From Octopus sinensis (taxonomy: Eukaryota): 64,000 nt of DNA. The number at the start of each line of letters is the position of its first letter. The first letter of the stretch is position 1. The position numbers and the translations under genes were made by a program. Of the stretch, positions 52,158-64,000 are shown piece after piece. The stretch covers positions 9,052,001-9,116,000 of the forward strand of contig NC_043003.1 in assembly GCF_006345805.1 (NCBI RefSeq), given 5' to 3'. A model generated the notes under the pieces. It made no database searches. It worked only from the letters and a program-made list of their open reading frames with translations, and was not told the origin of the DNA.

Positions 52158-52632
52158 AGGCGCAGGAGTGGTTGTGTGGTAAGAATAAGCATAGGAGTGG
52201 CTGTGTGTAAGTAGCTTGCTTACCAACCACAAGGTTCCGGGTTCAGTCCCACTGCATGGCACCTTGGGCAAGTGTCTTCGACTATAGCCTCAGGCTGACC
52301 AAGGACTTGTGAGTGGATTTGGTAGACAGAAACTGAAAGAAGCCCGTCGTATATATGTGTGTGTATATATAAATATATATATATTTATATATGTATATGT
52401 ATATGTATGTGTGTGTGTATATGTTTGTGTGTCTGTGTTTGTTCCCCCAACATCTCTTGACAACCGATGCTGGTGTGTTTATATCCCTATCACTTAGCGG
52501 TTTGGCAAAAAAGAGACTGATAGAATAAGTACTAGGCTTACAAAGAATAAATCCTGGGGTCGATTTGCTCGACTAAAAGTGGTGCTCCAGCATGGCCACA
52601 GTCAAATGACTGACACAAGTAAAAGAGTAAAA
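52158..52632 (+). mobile_element. SINE family B, full length, with duplicated 5' head
   Basis: ggcgcaggagtggttgtgtggtaag followed by gcataggagtggctgtgtgtaagtagcttgc...ggttcagtcccactgc...gacacaagtaaaagagtaaa. Confidence 0.88.
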
Positions 52633-53343
52633 CATTACCGTACACAAAGAGTAAGTCAGAAGACCCCTTACCCAGTTTCCAAATTGATATTACAACTGCA
52701 ATATACTTAGAAATATTGCAGATAAACTATTTGTATAAAATAGCACTTAATATTAGATGCTTCAAGAGAATTAACATAGTGTGGGGATTCAAAGTGATAT
52801 GATTGCCGCCTTTCTCTCATGAACTAAATAAGGATTTCTGATAAATAGTCACACATTTCGGTGAGAGAGTTGATTGAACCAGACCCAATACTAGAATGAT
52901 GGAGCCTCAGGAAGTTGAAAGTCAAAGCAAGCCCCAGTAGAATTTGTATTCAGAATTGTGTTCAGGGTGCTGCAAAACACTGCAATTCTTCCACATAGTA
53001 ACACATAGTCCTATGGTTAAGTAAGAAAAAAAGAAATTATCAAGGAAGGTGTATGTATGTATGTATGTATGTATGTATGTATGTATGTATGTATGTATGT
53101 ATGTATGTATGTATGCTTGTATGCATGTACGAATGTATGCATGTATGCATATTTCTATGTCTGGTTGAACATATGTATAAATGTAAGCATATGTATGACA
53201 TGTATATACATGCATGTATGTGTGTGTGTGAATATATATATATATATATATATATTATTTATCTGTTTGTTATCTACACCACCTGTCTTCGTTTTTTGTT
53301 TCCTTGTGAATTCTCCCTATATTTATATATGCATGTGTATATT

Positions 53344-53344
<1 letters not shown>

Positions 53345-53377
<33 letters not shown>

Positions 53378-53427
53378 TGAGAGGGAGAGAGAGAGAGAGG
53401 AGAGTAGAGAGTGAGAGAGGAGAAGAG

Positions 53428-53493
<66 letters not shown>
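53345..53493. repeat. (GA)n purine tract, preceded by (ATGT)n at 53050-53115
   Basis: Directly visible. Confidence 0.95.
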
Positions 53494-53494
<1 letters not shown>

Positions 53495-53496
<2 letters not shown>

Positions 53497-53860
53497 AATG
53501 ACAGTTGGTATGAGTGTGTTGAACACGCCATATTCCATAATCGAAGTTCGAGTGGCATAAATTCCTTCAGTGAGCTGGCTTCAGTTGTGTCACGACCATT
53601 GACTAGCTAGCAGGTGCACCGTCTATATATATAACCAAGATCTCTCAAAGAAGAGGCGTCAAAGACGAAATCACTAATGAGATTTCAATTGCTAACAACA
53701 GCTGAGATTCTAATGAGTTAAGCATTTGTAATTCTATTGCTTTTTATTGGTCAGCCAGCTACATATTAAAGACGAGTTCTTGATGCATTTACCAAAGATT
53801 TGATTGGGTAGCTGCTTGCTGACGCCATCATTTTTTGACAGAAGCCTGTTTATCATTATT
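53495..53860. promoter_or_regulatory. Possible promoter-like, CpG-retaining unique segment
   Basis: Two ATTGG (CCAAT) motifs, a TATATAT run and a TGACGCCAT motif at the point where background CpG frequency rises; no associated exon identified. Confidence 0.25.
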
Positions 53861-53867
53861 TATATAT

Positions 53868-54282
53868 ACTCTTTACTCTTATACTCTTTTACTTGTTTCA
53901 GTCATTTGACTGCGGACATGCTAGAGCACCGCCTGTAGTCGAGCAAATCGACCTCGGGACTTATACTTTGTAAGCCTAGTACTTATTCTATCGGTCTTTT
54001 TTGCCGAACCGCTGAGTGACGGGGACATAAACACACCAGCATCGGTTGTCAAGCAATGCTAGGGGGACAAACACAGACGCACACACACACACGCACACGC
54101 ACACACACATATATATACGACGGGCTTCTTTCAGTTTCCGTCTACCAAATCCACTCACAAGGCATTGGTCGGCCAGAGGCTATATAGTAGAAGACACTTG
54201 CCCAAGATGCCACGCAGTGGGACTGAACCTGGAACCGTGTGGTTGGTAAGCAAGCTACTTACCACACAGCCACTCCTGCGCC
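53868..54282 (-). mobile_element. SINE family B, full length, young
   Basis: High similarity to the consensus with CpGs retained. Confidence 0.9.
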
Positions 54283-54850
54283 TATATCTGAACTCAATGA
54301 TTTCGGGTTCGATTCCTAGGCAATGAGTTGGTATTTGAAACTCTGCCAATATTTCCGACTTTGTTTTCTGTTTTTGCATTCTTGATAACTCAAAGTCGGA
54401 ATTGACAAAATTGATTTCAAATTTTGGCACCAGGCCAGCAAGTTCAATGGGGAGGCAGGGATAGTCGATTACATCGAACCCCAGTACTCAACTGGTATTT
54501 ATTTGATCGATCTCGGTGGAATTTGAACACAGAACGTTAAGAGGAACACAAAACCGCAAAGCATTTTGCCCAGCGGACAAATGATTCTGCTAGCTAGCCG
54601 CCTAATTGGAAATGGTAAATTGAAAATCGCGTTGTAGTGCATCGATAATCTTGGTATAAACGAGGTTTAAGCCGTGGTGGTGGTGGTGTTAATGCTGGTG
54701 GTTTATTGATGTTTGTGGTAGGGCCTGTGATGGTCTGGAGTTCGAAATCTGTGGTGTAATTTTCGATTCAGAAATGAATCGAACGATAATGAATTATGTA
54801 GATTTGTATTAGACATTTTTCTTTCTCTCCTTAAGTGTGCAACCCCCCCT

Positions 54851-54917
<67 letters not shown>

Positions 54918-55291
54918 TACACACACACACACACACACACACTCTCTCTCTCATACACACACACACACATTTCTAATCATCCATGTCTAATGTTGGATAG
55001 ATTTCCTTGCAGTGACTGTGTATTGAGTTCAAGATATTAGGTAACACACACACAAACACACACACACACACGCACACACATACACACGCACACACACACA
55101 CACGCACACACACACACACACACATGAATAGACGTTGTGGATGCATAACTATGTGAAAATATGTCTGTACATAAATTGTTAACATAACCTGCAAAGGAAC
55201 TCACGTATGTACAATATTACTGAAATAAAGTAAACTTTTGATAAATTTACAACGCGACTAAAAAGCGATAAATAATTATTGTTGAAATTAA

Positions 55292-55466
55292 GGCGGCGAG
55301 CTGGCAGAAACGTTAGCACGCCGGGCGAAATGCTTAGCGGTATTTCGTCTGCCGCTACGTTCTGAGTTCAAATTCTGCCGAGGTCGACTTTGCCTTTCAT
55401 CCTTTCGGGGTCGATAAATTAAGTACTAGTTACGCACTGGGATCGATGTAATCGACTTAATCCGTT
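55292..55466 (+). mobile_element. SINE family A, 3' truncated into (TA)n
   Basis: Same consensus, CpGs retained. Confidence 0.9.
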
Positions 55467-55517
55467 TATATATATATATATATATATATTATATATGAAA
55501 GCTTTCATCAACAGCCG

Positions 55518-55576
55518 GTGATTATCTCACGCTGAGGACGGGCACTCACTCAGAAACCATGGTCTGTGAGTATCAC
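55518..55576 (+). ncRNA. Minimal type-I hammerhead ribozyme motif
   Basis: GUGAUUAUCUCACG-CUGAGGA-CGGGCACUCACUCA-GAAA-CCAUGG-UC|UGUGAGUAUCAC; long stem I, palindromic CCAUGG stem III, GUC site; stem II imperfect. Confidence 0.75.
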
Positions 55577-55734
55577 GTAAGCCTTGAGATGAGAGCGATG
55601 ACCTCATTTGAAAACACTATATGGACACAAACTGCGTGTCGATAGCCAACTGGAAAAGATGTTTTCCTGGGCTTAAACAACGTAACAACGTCCTTCTTAG
55701 GACCGCCACATTCTGTTGGCAAATAGACTTTACT

Positions 55735-55747
55735 ATATATATATATA

Positions 55748-55793
<46 letters not shown>

Positions 55794-55894
55794 TATATAT
55801 ATATATATATATATGCATATATATATATATATATATTATATATATAATATGCATATATATATATATATATATATATCTATATATATAAATATGC

Positions 55895-55929
<35 letters not shown>

Positions 55930-56279
55930 GCATATATATATATATAATATATATATATATATGCATATATATATATATTATATATATTATATATATATGC
56001 ATATAATATATATATATGCATATATATATATATATATACTACATATATATATATATGCATATATATATATATATATAATACATACATATATATTATATGC
56101 ATATATATTAATATATATATATACATACTAGATATATATATGCATATAATATTATATATATATATATACATACATATATATATATGCATAAATATATATA
56201 TATATATTACATACATATATATATATGCATATATACATACATATATATATATGCATATATATATATATGCATATATATG

Positions 56280-56329
<50 letters not shown>

Positions 56330-56442
56330 TATATATATTTATATATATATATAATATATATGCATATATATTAAATATATATATATATATATATATATAC
56401 ATACATATATATGCATATATATATATAATATATATATATATA

Positions 56443-56499
<57 letters not shown>

Positions 56500-56839
56500 A
56501 TATATATATAATATATATATACATACAATATATATATTGTATATATATATATATATATATATATACATACATATATATGCATATATATATATATATATAT
56601 ATACATACATATCTATATATATATATATATACATACATATATATAATGTATATATAATATATATAATATATATATACATACATATATATTGCATATATAT
56701 TAATATATCATACATATATATGCTATATATTATATTATATACATACAATCATATATATGCATATATATATATATTAATATATATATATATACATACATAT
56801 ATATGCATATATATATATATATATATGCATATATATGTA

Positions 56840-56874
<35 letters not shown>

Positions 56875-56955
56875 TATATATATATTATTATAATATATAT
56901 ATATATATATATTATATATATAGTAAAGTCTCTCTCTCTCTCTCTATATATATAT
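55735..56955. repeat. ~1.2-kb interrupted (TA)n microsatellite with TGCA interruptions
   Basis: Directly visible; similar smaller tracts at 1505-1640, 1800-2090, 7715-8055, 8265-8450, 16220-16430, 17905-18095, 41530-41990, 42510-42830, 43630-43880, 48690-48900, 49175-49430 and 58405-59057. Confidence 0.97.
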
Positions 56956-57597
56956 GTATGTGTGTGTATGTATGTATATATATGTATGTATGCATTTTGT
57001 ATATGTGTGCATCTTTGTGTTTGTGTTGGTTTGTTTACATCTCCTGAATGTAGCGGTTTGGTGAAAGAAACTGATAAAATAAGTGCTATGCTTGAAAAAA
57101 ATAAGCCCTTGGGACAGTCACTTCGAGCAAAACTGTCAAGGCAGTGCCCCAGCACGGCCTCAGTCCAATGACGTAAACAAATTAGAAGATAAAAGAATAA
57201 AAGAACGTTGATAACTGGGGAAAAACAAAAAAAAAACACACCTTCATGCTTGTGTTTAAAAAGTCGCAGAGTTGCTTCCCTTACATAAAATGCATATTTT
57301 ATTCAAATTGTTCACAGAGAAACAGGAGGTCGCTGAACTTCCGCAGAAGTAGATGTTATGAATAATTTATTAAGCATGAAATATCACGAATAAACTATTC
57401 AGAAACATAATGGAATTCATCGATTAATTATTAATATAAAACCGTATTAACCCAAATTTTGTAAGGGAGCTAACTCTACGAGACTAAACTAGTTTCTCTA
57501 ATGTCGAATAAAATACCTCGCAGTGTTATTTGCTTTGACTGCGCACTGAGTTCAAGATATCTAGTAATAATAATAATTCTACCTTTCAGCCTTTCGG

Positions 57598-57979
57598 GGG
57601 TCTGTTTTCGGTTTGAACGGCAGTTTTTCCTAGCCGTGTCATATGAAATTGTCACCCATAATTATGACCCTAGTATCGATCTATTGCATTTCAATCTGTT
57701 TTAGGGTTAGGGTTAGGGATGGGGGAATCTGTTTCTTAAACGAGGGACATATTCATACAGCACGGAATGCTTTTTAACTCAATGGACGTCCCTGATTGGT
57801 TGAAATTGCAGAAATTGCAGAAAAAACAACAACAAGTATCTTACAAACTATCGAATTTTCTTAATAAAGCCAAGAGAAAAAGATGTTTTATAAACACATT
57901 CTACCAGTATACGAAGTTTAAAAGTGTTTAGTTACGTGGAAATTATTTTAAAAAACTGCTGTTCAAACCAAAAAGATCC
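57598..57979. mobile_element. MITE with ~30-bp TIRs and internal (TTAGGG)2-3
   Basis: gggtctgttttcggtttgaacggcagttttt ... aaaaactgctgttcaaaccaaaaagatcc. Confidence 0.75.
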
Positions 57980-57990
57980 AAAAGTGCTAA

Positions 57991-58406
57991 TCCAGAGCAG
58001 CGGATTGGCAGTGGTATTAGAGCGTCGGACTTTGCCGTACGTATTATGGTCCTTTACAAGGTACCAATGGCGTTGCAGATATTGCCTTCAGATAGGCGGC
58101 GAGCTGGCAGAAACGTTAAGCACGCCGGGCGAAATGCTTAGTGGTATTTCGTCTGCCGCTGCGTTCTGAGTTCAAATTCCACCGAGGTCGACTTTGCCTT
58201 TCATCCTTTCGGGGTCGATAAATTAAGTACACGTTGCGTACTCGGGTAGATCTAATCGACTGGCTTCCCCACCTCCCCCAAAATTTCGTGCCTGGTGCCT
58301 AGAGTAGAGAAAAAAAAAGAAAGATATTGCCTTCAGAACACGAAAACTGTAACAAATACCGCAAAGTCGCGCGTTTTTAACGCCTTTGCCAATCCACTGC
58401 CCTGGA
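57991..58406. mobile_element. MITE with ~50-bp imperfect TIRs, interrupted by a SINE
   Basis: tccagagcagcggattggcagtggtattagagcgtcggactttgc versus gcaaagtcgcgcgtttttaacgcctttgccaatccactgccctgga. Confidence 0.7.
58095..58321 (+). mobile_element. SINE family A with 16-bp target-site duplication
   Basis: AGATATTGCCTTCAGA at 58077-58092 and 58322-58337. Confidence 0.92.
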
Positions 58407-58618
58407 TATATATAATAATATATATATATATATATATAAATACACATATATATATACACACATATATATATATATATATATACACACACATATATATATA
58501 TAATATAATATATATATAACACACCACACACACACACACATATAATATATATATATATAGTATACACACATATATATATATATACACACACATATATATA
58601 TATACACACACACATACA

Positions 58619-58661
<43 letters not shown>

Positions 58662-58770
58662 TATATATATTATATATATTATATATTATATATATACACA
58701 CCTATATTATATATATATATATATATACACACATATATATATATATCTATATATATATATATAATATATA

Positions 58771-58876
<106 letters not shown>

Positions 58877-58878
58877 CC

Positions 58879-58913
<35 letters not shown>

Positions 58914-58953
58914 ACATATATATATATATATATTATATTATATATATATATAT

Positions 58954-59057
<104 letters not shown>

Positions 59058-59228
59058 GTTTCTTTATTACCCACAAGGGCTAAACACAGAGGGGACAAAC
59101 AAGACAGACAAACGAATTAGTCGATTACTCGACCCCAGTGCGTAACTGGTACTTTATTTATCGACCTCGAAGGATGAAAGGCCTTCGACCTCGGCGGAAT
59201 TTGGACCCAGAATGTAACGGCAGACGAA
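59058..59228 (-). mobile_element. SINE family A, 5' truncated
   Basis: Reverse complement of the 3' two-thirds of the consensus. Confidence 0.85.
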
Positions 59229-60879
59229 TATATATATATATATGTAATCAAAATAAGCAAGAAGAATAACTTCGGTAATTTGTTGCTTATTTTGATTATA
59301 ACCACCCCATGGATTTATATGGATAATACCATACAGAATGCTGGTGCATCTATCTTAAGTACCATATTCATTTGAATCTAAATTTTGCTGAACTTATATA
59401 TATATACACACACGAAAAGTTATACGCATCATCTTCCTGGAAATTTTACCACACACACACCATATATATATAAACAAAGATATTTTATTCCACTCGGGTA
59501 GAAATATAGGTAAAATAGAAGCATCATTCTCCTAGAAATTTTACCCACCCCTCACACAAACACGCACACTCATTTACTTCTTCATACACCGGTCTTAGAC
59601 CGTCATATCTTTTCTTGTTTTAAACTTGTGCTAACAGCGTATCACTTGAAAATGACTCTGATGTATGTTACACAGCAGTTACGTGTCATTTATATAATCT
59701 TTATAGTTTTTTTAACGTCAAATACATGTCTTTTTGTTAACAAATTTATCTTCACCACATGGACAAGATCTTGTCACCAAACAAGCATGCTAGTGATAAT
59801 TAGAAACTATCTTTACATCACATATTTTTCTAAAGTTGTTACCCTGACAACAGCACGTAAAAGTTCAAAGATAAAATTTGTTTACAAATATTTTCCACAT
59901 TACTTGACATCGTTTATATTTCATTATGTTGGATAAAATGTCTGTTTTAGACAATACCAAACTTCAAAGCACACCAGCTATGGCTAGGATGCCAGAGTAC
60001 TCTAAGCAGCTGTCAGTTTTTAACAGCTTCTTCTCCTCTGTTCTAGTCCGCACAGTTTTTGACACGTAACATCTCGTAATGGCTCACGAGTTTTCGCATA
60101 CGTTTTAGACTCTCTACAATCAGAGACAGCTCAAGAGGTGAGAGACCTGCTCATCCTTGTAACTGAGAGCTACATTTCTGAATGATGTGCTCCTTAATTG
60201 TAATTCAATATTTTAAGCGGAAGTCTTGCTTCAACTTTTAATCTAAGAAGATTTTATCGACCGTACGTTGTCTTAAATCCGAGCAAATGGCGTTGACTTT
60301 CAGGAGATGACGCTTAGATAAAAAAAAAATTCTTCAACAACTCCCGACGAAAGCATCGCTCATTCTTTGCGTTGACTTAGGACATCATCTCAATCGAACA
60401 GTCAGTTTAGCAGACGGGTAATTTATCAGCGGTTTCATTGTTTTTGATATTTGTAGCAAGGTTGGAAACAATATTTGCAGCATCTAGAGTAATATTACTA
60501 CCCAAATAAAGTTGGTTTCATTGGGTGTTTGATGATAAAACCCATAAGTGTGTTAAGTCTTGTTCAGATGGGAAAATCCTTTTCCGAACAAGAGAAACAA
60601 CCTTCCCAAATATTATGGGTAACAAAATTTCTCGACCCCAACTCAACTCGTCATACATTTTCTGGTTGGCACAAGAAAGGTTAGCATCCTACTCAAATGT
60701 GCTGTAGAAATCAACATATTCGATAGTTACTTCAATCCGTTGATCATTCCACGTCACTACATACATTGAAATGTCACTTCCTCTCGATTTGGAAGACTAT
60801 GACCTGGATTGTTCGTTAAAGATTTGCCTATTTCTCACCAAAGCTGAATTTCTTCAACAATTCTGCATGTTGGTAGGTA

Positions 60880-61300
60880 TTGGCTTCAAATTTTGGCACA
60901 AGGCCAGCAATTTCTTTTGGAAAGGGTGAAAGTCAATTACATCGACCCCCAGTGTTCAACTGGTACTTATTTTATCGACCTCGAAAGGATAAAAGTCAAC
61001 TTCAGCGGAATTTGAATTCAAAACATAAAGCGGACGAAATTCTGTTAAACATTTTGCCCGGCGTACTAAGGTTTCTTATTTCTTTACTACCCACAAGGGA
61101 ACCAGAGAGGACAAACAAGGACAGACAGATTAAGTCGATTACATCGACCCCAGTGCGTAACTGGTACTTAATTTATCGACCTCGAAAGGATGAAAGGCAA
61201 AGTCGACCTTGGCGGAATTTGAACCCAGCACGTAGCGGCAGACGAAATACCGCTAAGCATTTCACCTGGCGTGTTAACGCTTCTGCCAGCTCGCTGCCTT
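60880..61300 (-). mobile_element. Two adjacent SINE family A copies (60880-~61065, ~61072-61300)
   Basis: Reverse complement of the consensus in both. Confidence 0.85.
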
Positions 61301-61587
61301 TAGGCTGGTAGATATTAAACATCACCAGCTCATTAATTTCGCGCCCAGCCTTAAGGTGCAAGAAATCACCACAATCTTAGTCAATTCTGCTTCATTGAAA
61401 ACGACTTTGCCTGGACACTGCACTCTCCTTCGCGTGTGTAGCATCCAGGCATCTCACAATTAATGTACAGCAACTTTAAATTAACGTACATTGTTACTCA
61501 CCTTGCTAAGACATGTGTTACCGGAAAGACACGACTGGCTGGAGTCCACACAATGATAATCGTGCACTCAATACAAACACTATTCTA

Positions 61588-62152
61588 TTGGGTTGTCCGG
61601 AAAGTTCGTGCCGATTTTTAAAGGAAAGAAAAAGGTCAATAAATACTTGCCATTACATTTTTAATCAAACAAATATGAACCATTTTGTTGCACAATGCGT
61701 CTTCATCTTTCCTTTAACTTGAAAATACCCTCTTCCCAGAATTGAGGTGGTTTCATGGCAAAGAATTCGTCAAGGTATTTATTACGCCATCAAAAGAATT
61801 GAAATTTTTACCTTTAAGACTATTCTGCAGAGACCTGAATAAGTGGAAATCCGAAAGAGCAATATCTGGTGAATATAGAGGGTGGGGTAACACATCCCAG
61901 CCGAGCTGCAGCAATTTTTGTCTGGTTCCCAAAGCACCAAGTGCCGAAAATGAACTTTCTTATCTTCTATTTTAAAGGGTTACAGAATTAACACAGGTTA
62001 TAGGAACATAAACCTTCTTCCAGGAAAAGATAGCTTAAACTGTGCTCTAAATGGAGGTGTAGTCAAATCCTATTTTATGGACTCAACCATGTTCTAAAAT
62101 AAGTCGAAAGGTAAGCTACTATAAATCGGCACGAACTTTCCGGACAACCCAA
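61588..62152 (-). mobile_element. Internally deleted mariner element with intact TIRs and TA target duplication
   Basis: TA-TTGGGTTGTCCGGAAAGTTCGTGCCGATTT ... AAATCGGCACGAACTTTCCGGACAACCCAA-TA. Minus strand 61661-~61930 encodes LLQLGWDVLPHPLYSPDIALSDFHLFRSLQ...FWEEGIFKLKER*RRIVQQNGSY, a transposase C-terminus with a frameshift and a stop. Confidence 0.93.
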
Positions 62153-62769
62153 TATATAGTTTGTTGAATATAGCACTTGCAGGATTGTTACCCAAGATTG
62201 AGGATCCTAAAAGAGCTAAACGACTGTCATCACAACGCTGTTTGGATTCTACGCGTTTGTAGATATGTCTTTTGGGTTTCATAACACTTCACAGACATTT
62301 TAGAGGTTGATAAATGGTGTTACTCTAGGGTTTCTCTTCGTTTATGCCTACCTTAGTGATCTACTAGCCGCACCTCCGCTGGAACCTTTGAACAAAAACA
62401 CAGAGTAACCGAAGATATTATGTTCTTGCTCAGAGGTGCTTGCACTCAACTAACACTTTGACTCTCTCAGGCACCGGTCTTATATTGTCATGTCTTTTCT
62501 TGCCTTGCATTTGTGTTAGCAGAATGTTACATTATAATCCATAATAGAAGAATACCGATTCCACTGAGAGTATAGTTACCATTTATTTTAATGGGTGCTA
62601 TAAAATATTTTAGCCTAAATCGCATCCAATAACCAGACCATATCCAATTTTTATACGTCAAAATAAAAGTCCTTTGTTTTACGTCAATGTGTGCTACACG
62701 GACTGGAACCAGTCAGCAACATGCATTCTAGTGATTGGTAGGAAGTGTATCTACATTTTATATTTTTAA

Positions 62770-63005
62770 GGCGGCGAGCTGGCAGAAACGTTAGCACGCC
62801 GGGCGAAATGCTTTGCAGTATTTCGTCCGACGCTGCGTTCTGAGTTCAAATTCCGCCGAGGTCGACTTTGCCTTTCATCCTTTCGGGGTCGATAAATTAA
62901 GTACCAGTTACGCACTGGGTTCGATGTAATCGACTTAATCCCCTTGTCTGTCCTTGTTTGTCCCCTCTGTGTTTAACCTCTTGTGGGTAGTAAAGAAATA
63001 GGTAT
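62770..63005 (+). mobile_element. SINE family A, full length
   Basis: Same consensus. Confidence 0.9.
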
Positions 63006-63490
63006 ATCTCTATTTTATATTTTTCACAAGACCCAAACATCTAAACACGGAGGCTTTCAGCCACATTGAGAGTAAACTCAGCACCACGAATCATTGAAAC
63101 ATCAAATATAGCAGGCGTTATTAGCGTTCAGAGCGAATAACGGTATGGTCCTTCAGTACACATATGGACCTGGTTGTCTAGGGTTAGTCGTGGGCATATA
63201 AGAACCCAGAAGACATTGCACAAAATGTCGGACTATCGTCTATTTGCCGCTTCCTCAGTTGTTTCGGTTTTGGTTCACGGGGAAGAATAGGAAAAAAAGA
63301 AACCTCAACTAAAATCGGCAGTTACAACATTTACGCACACTCGACACACAGACATACACACACACACCATTCTATTTAACGTCTAGTAGTTATATTTTCG
63401 GTCTCTTTTGTTTAACCGATAAATTACGTGGACGTAAACTAACCAACACCGGCTATGAAATAATGGTCGAGGACAAGCACAACACCCACT

Positions 63491-63530
<40 letters not shown>

Positions 63531-64000
63531 CACACCGGGTTTCTTATATCAGTTTCGTCCCACCAAAGCCACTGATAAGGCATTAGTTGGCCCAGGGATA
63601 TAATAGGAGATACTTGCGAAGGTGGGACTGAACCCAAGCCACGTATTTTAAAATTAAGCTTCTTAAACACACGCAGCCACGCCTGCACTTAAAGTATCTT
63701 TGATAATCCAAAACGAAAAACAAAACTCTTTTATGAATGTATATATTTTTTTATAGTTGAGTGTGATAAAAATAGATTCGTACAATGCTGTTACGTGTGA
63801 TAGACAGAAAAGAGAAACTCTATTCAATATTTGTTTCATACACAAACAAGATTTACAATTAAACAATTTCCGTATGTAAAGGGAGACCACTCAACATATT
63901 GAATTCTTATTTACCTTGAACCATCAACTCGCTTTGATAACGTCGTTAACAAACTTCGATTATGGGAATAGATTTTTTTTCTTTCCTATAAGTAAATATA

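Noticed and set aside
55573-57239. Many long ORFs of Y/I/M/H/C/V repeats (also near 1.4-2.1, 7.8-8.9, 16, 18-20, 31, 33, 41-43, 48-49, 53 and 58 kb)
   Set aside because: Translations of (TA)n, (TACA)n, (CA)n, (GAT)n and (GA)n microsatellites; not genes.
57703-57719. TTAGGG repeats suggesting a telomere or interstitial telomeric site
   Set aside because: Only 2-3 units, internal to a MITE.
59940-60870. Coding-like minus-strand fragments (e.g. YLGSNITLDA) suggesting a LINE RT
   Set aside because: Too many stops and only one short motif; the family cannot be assigned.
63240-63285. Minus-strand CUGAGGA near a CCGAAAC
   Set aside because: The elements are in the wrong order and no helices form.

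Overview
AT-rich animal genomic DNA, very likely a cephalopod (Octopus-like). This is judged from the recurring SINE and MITE families and the very high microsatellite density, and it is a recollection of these families rather than a database match. The only confidently identified gene is the 3' end of an SLC6 (Na+/Cl- neurotransmitter/amino-acid symporter) transporter of the glycine/proline type. It has five + strand exons (2152-2280, 3937-4036, 5153-5262, 6126-6299, 7032-7169) that splice in frame with GT-AG boundaries, encode TM9-TM12 plus the C-tail, and end in ETRI*. The rest is repeat-dominated: four tRNA-type SINE families, a (GAT)n-tailed element, piggyBac-, hAT- and mariner-type MITEs, RTE and R4/Dong-like LINE fragments, a 5S rRNA pseudogene, a 42-bp minisatellite and many simple repeats. 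Nearly all ORFs in the supplied track are microsatellite artefacts. The most interesting signal is a dispersed set of minimal type-I hammerhead-ribozyme motifs: stem I - CUGANGA - stem II - GAAA - short near-palindromic stem III - NUH - stem I'. About six are good and several more are decayed. Some sit in the centre of long foldback elements and one sits in a ~305-nt direct-repeat unit, the architecture known for Penelope-like elements and non-LTR retrozymes. All structures were folded by eye and none has been tested for activity.
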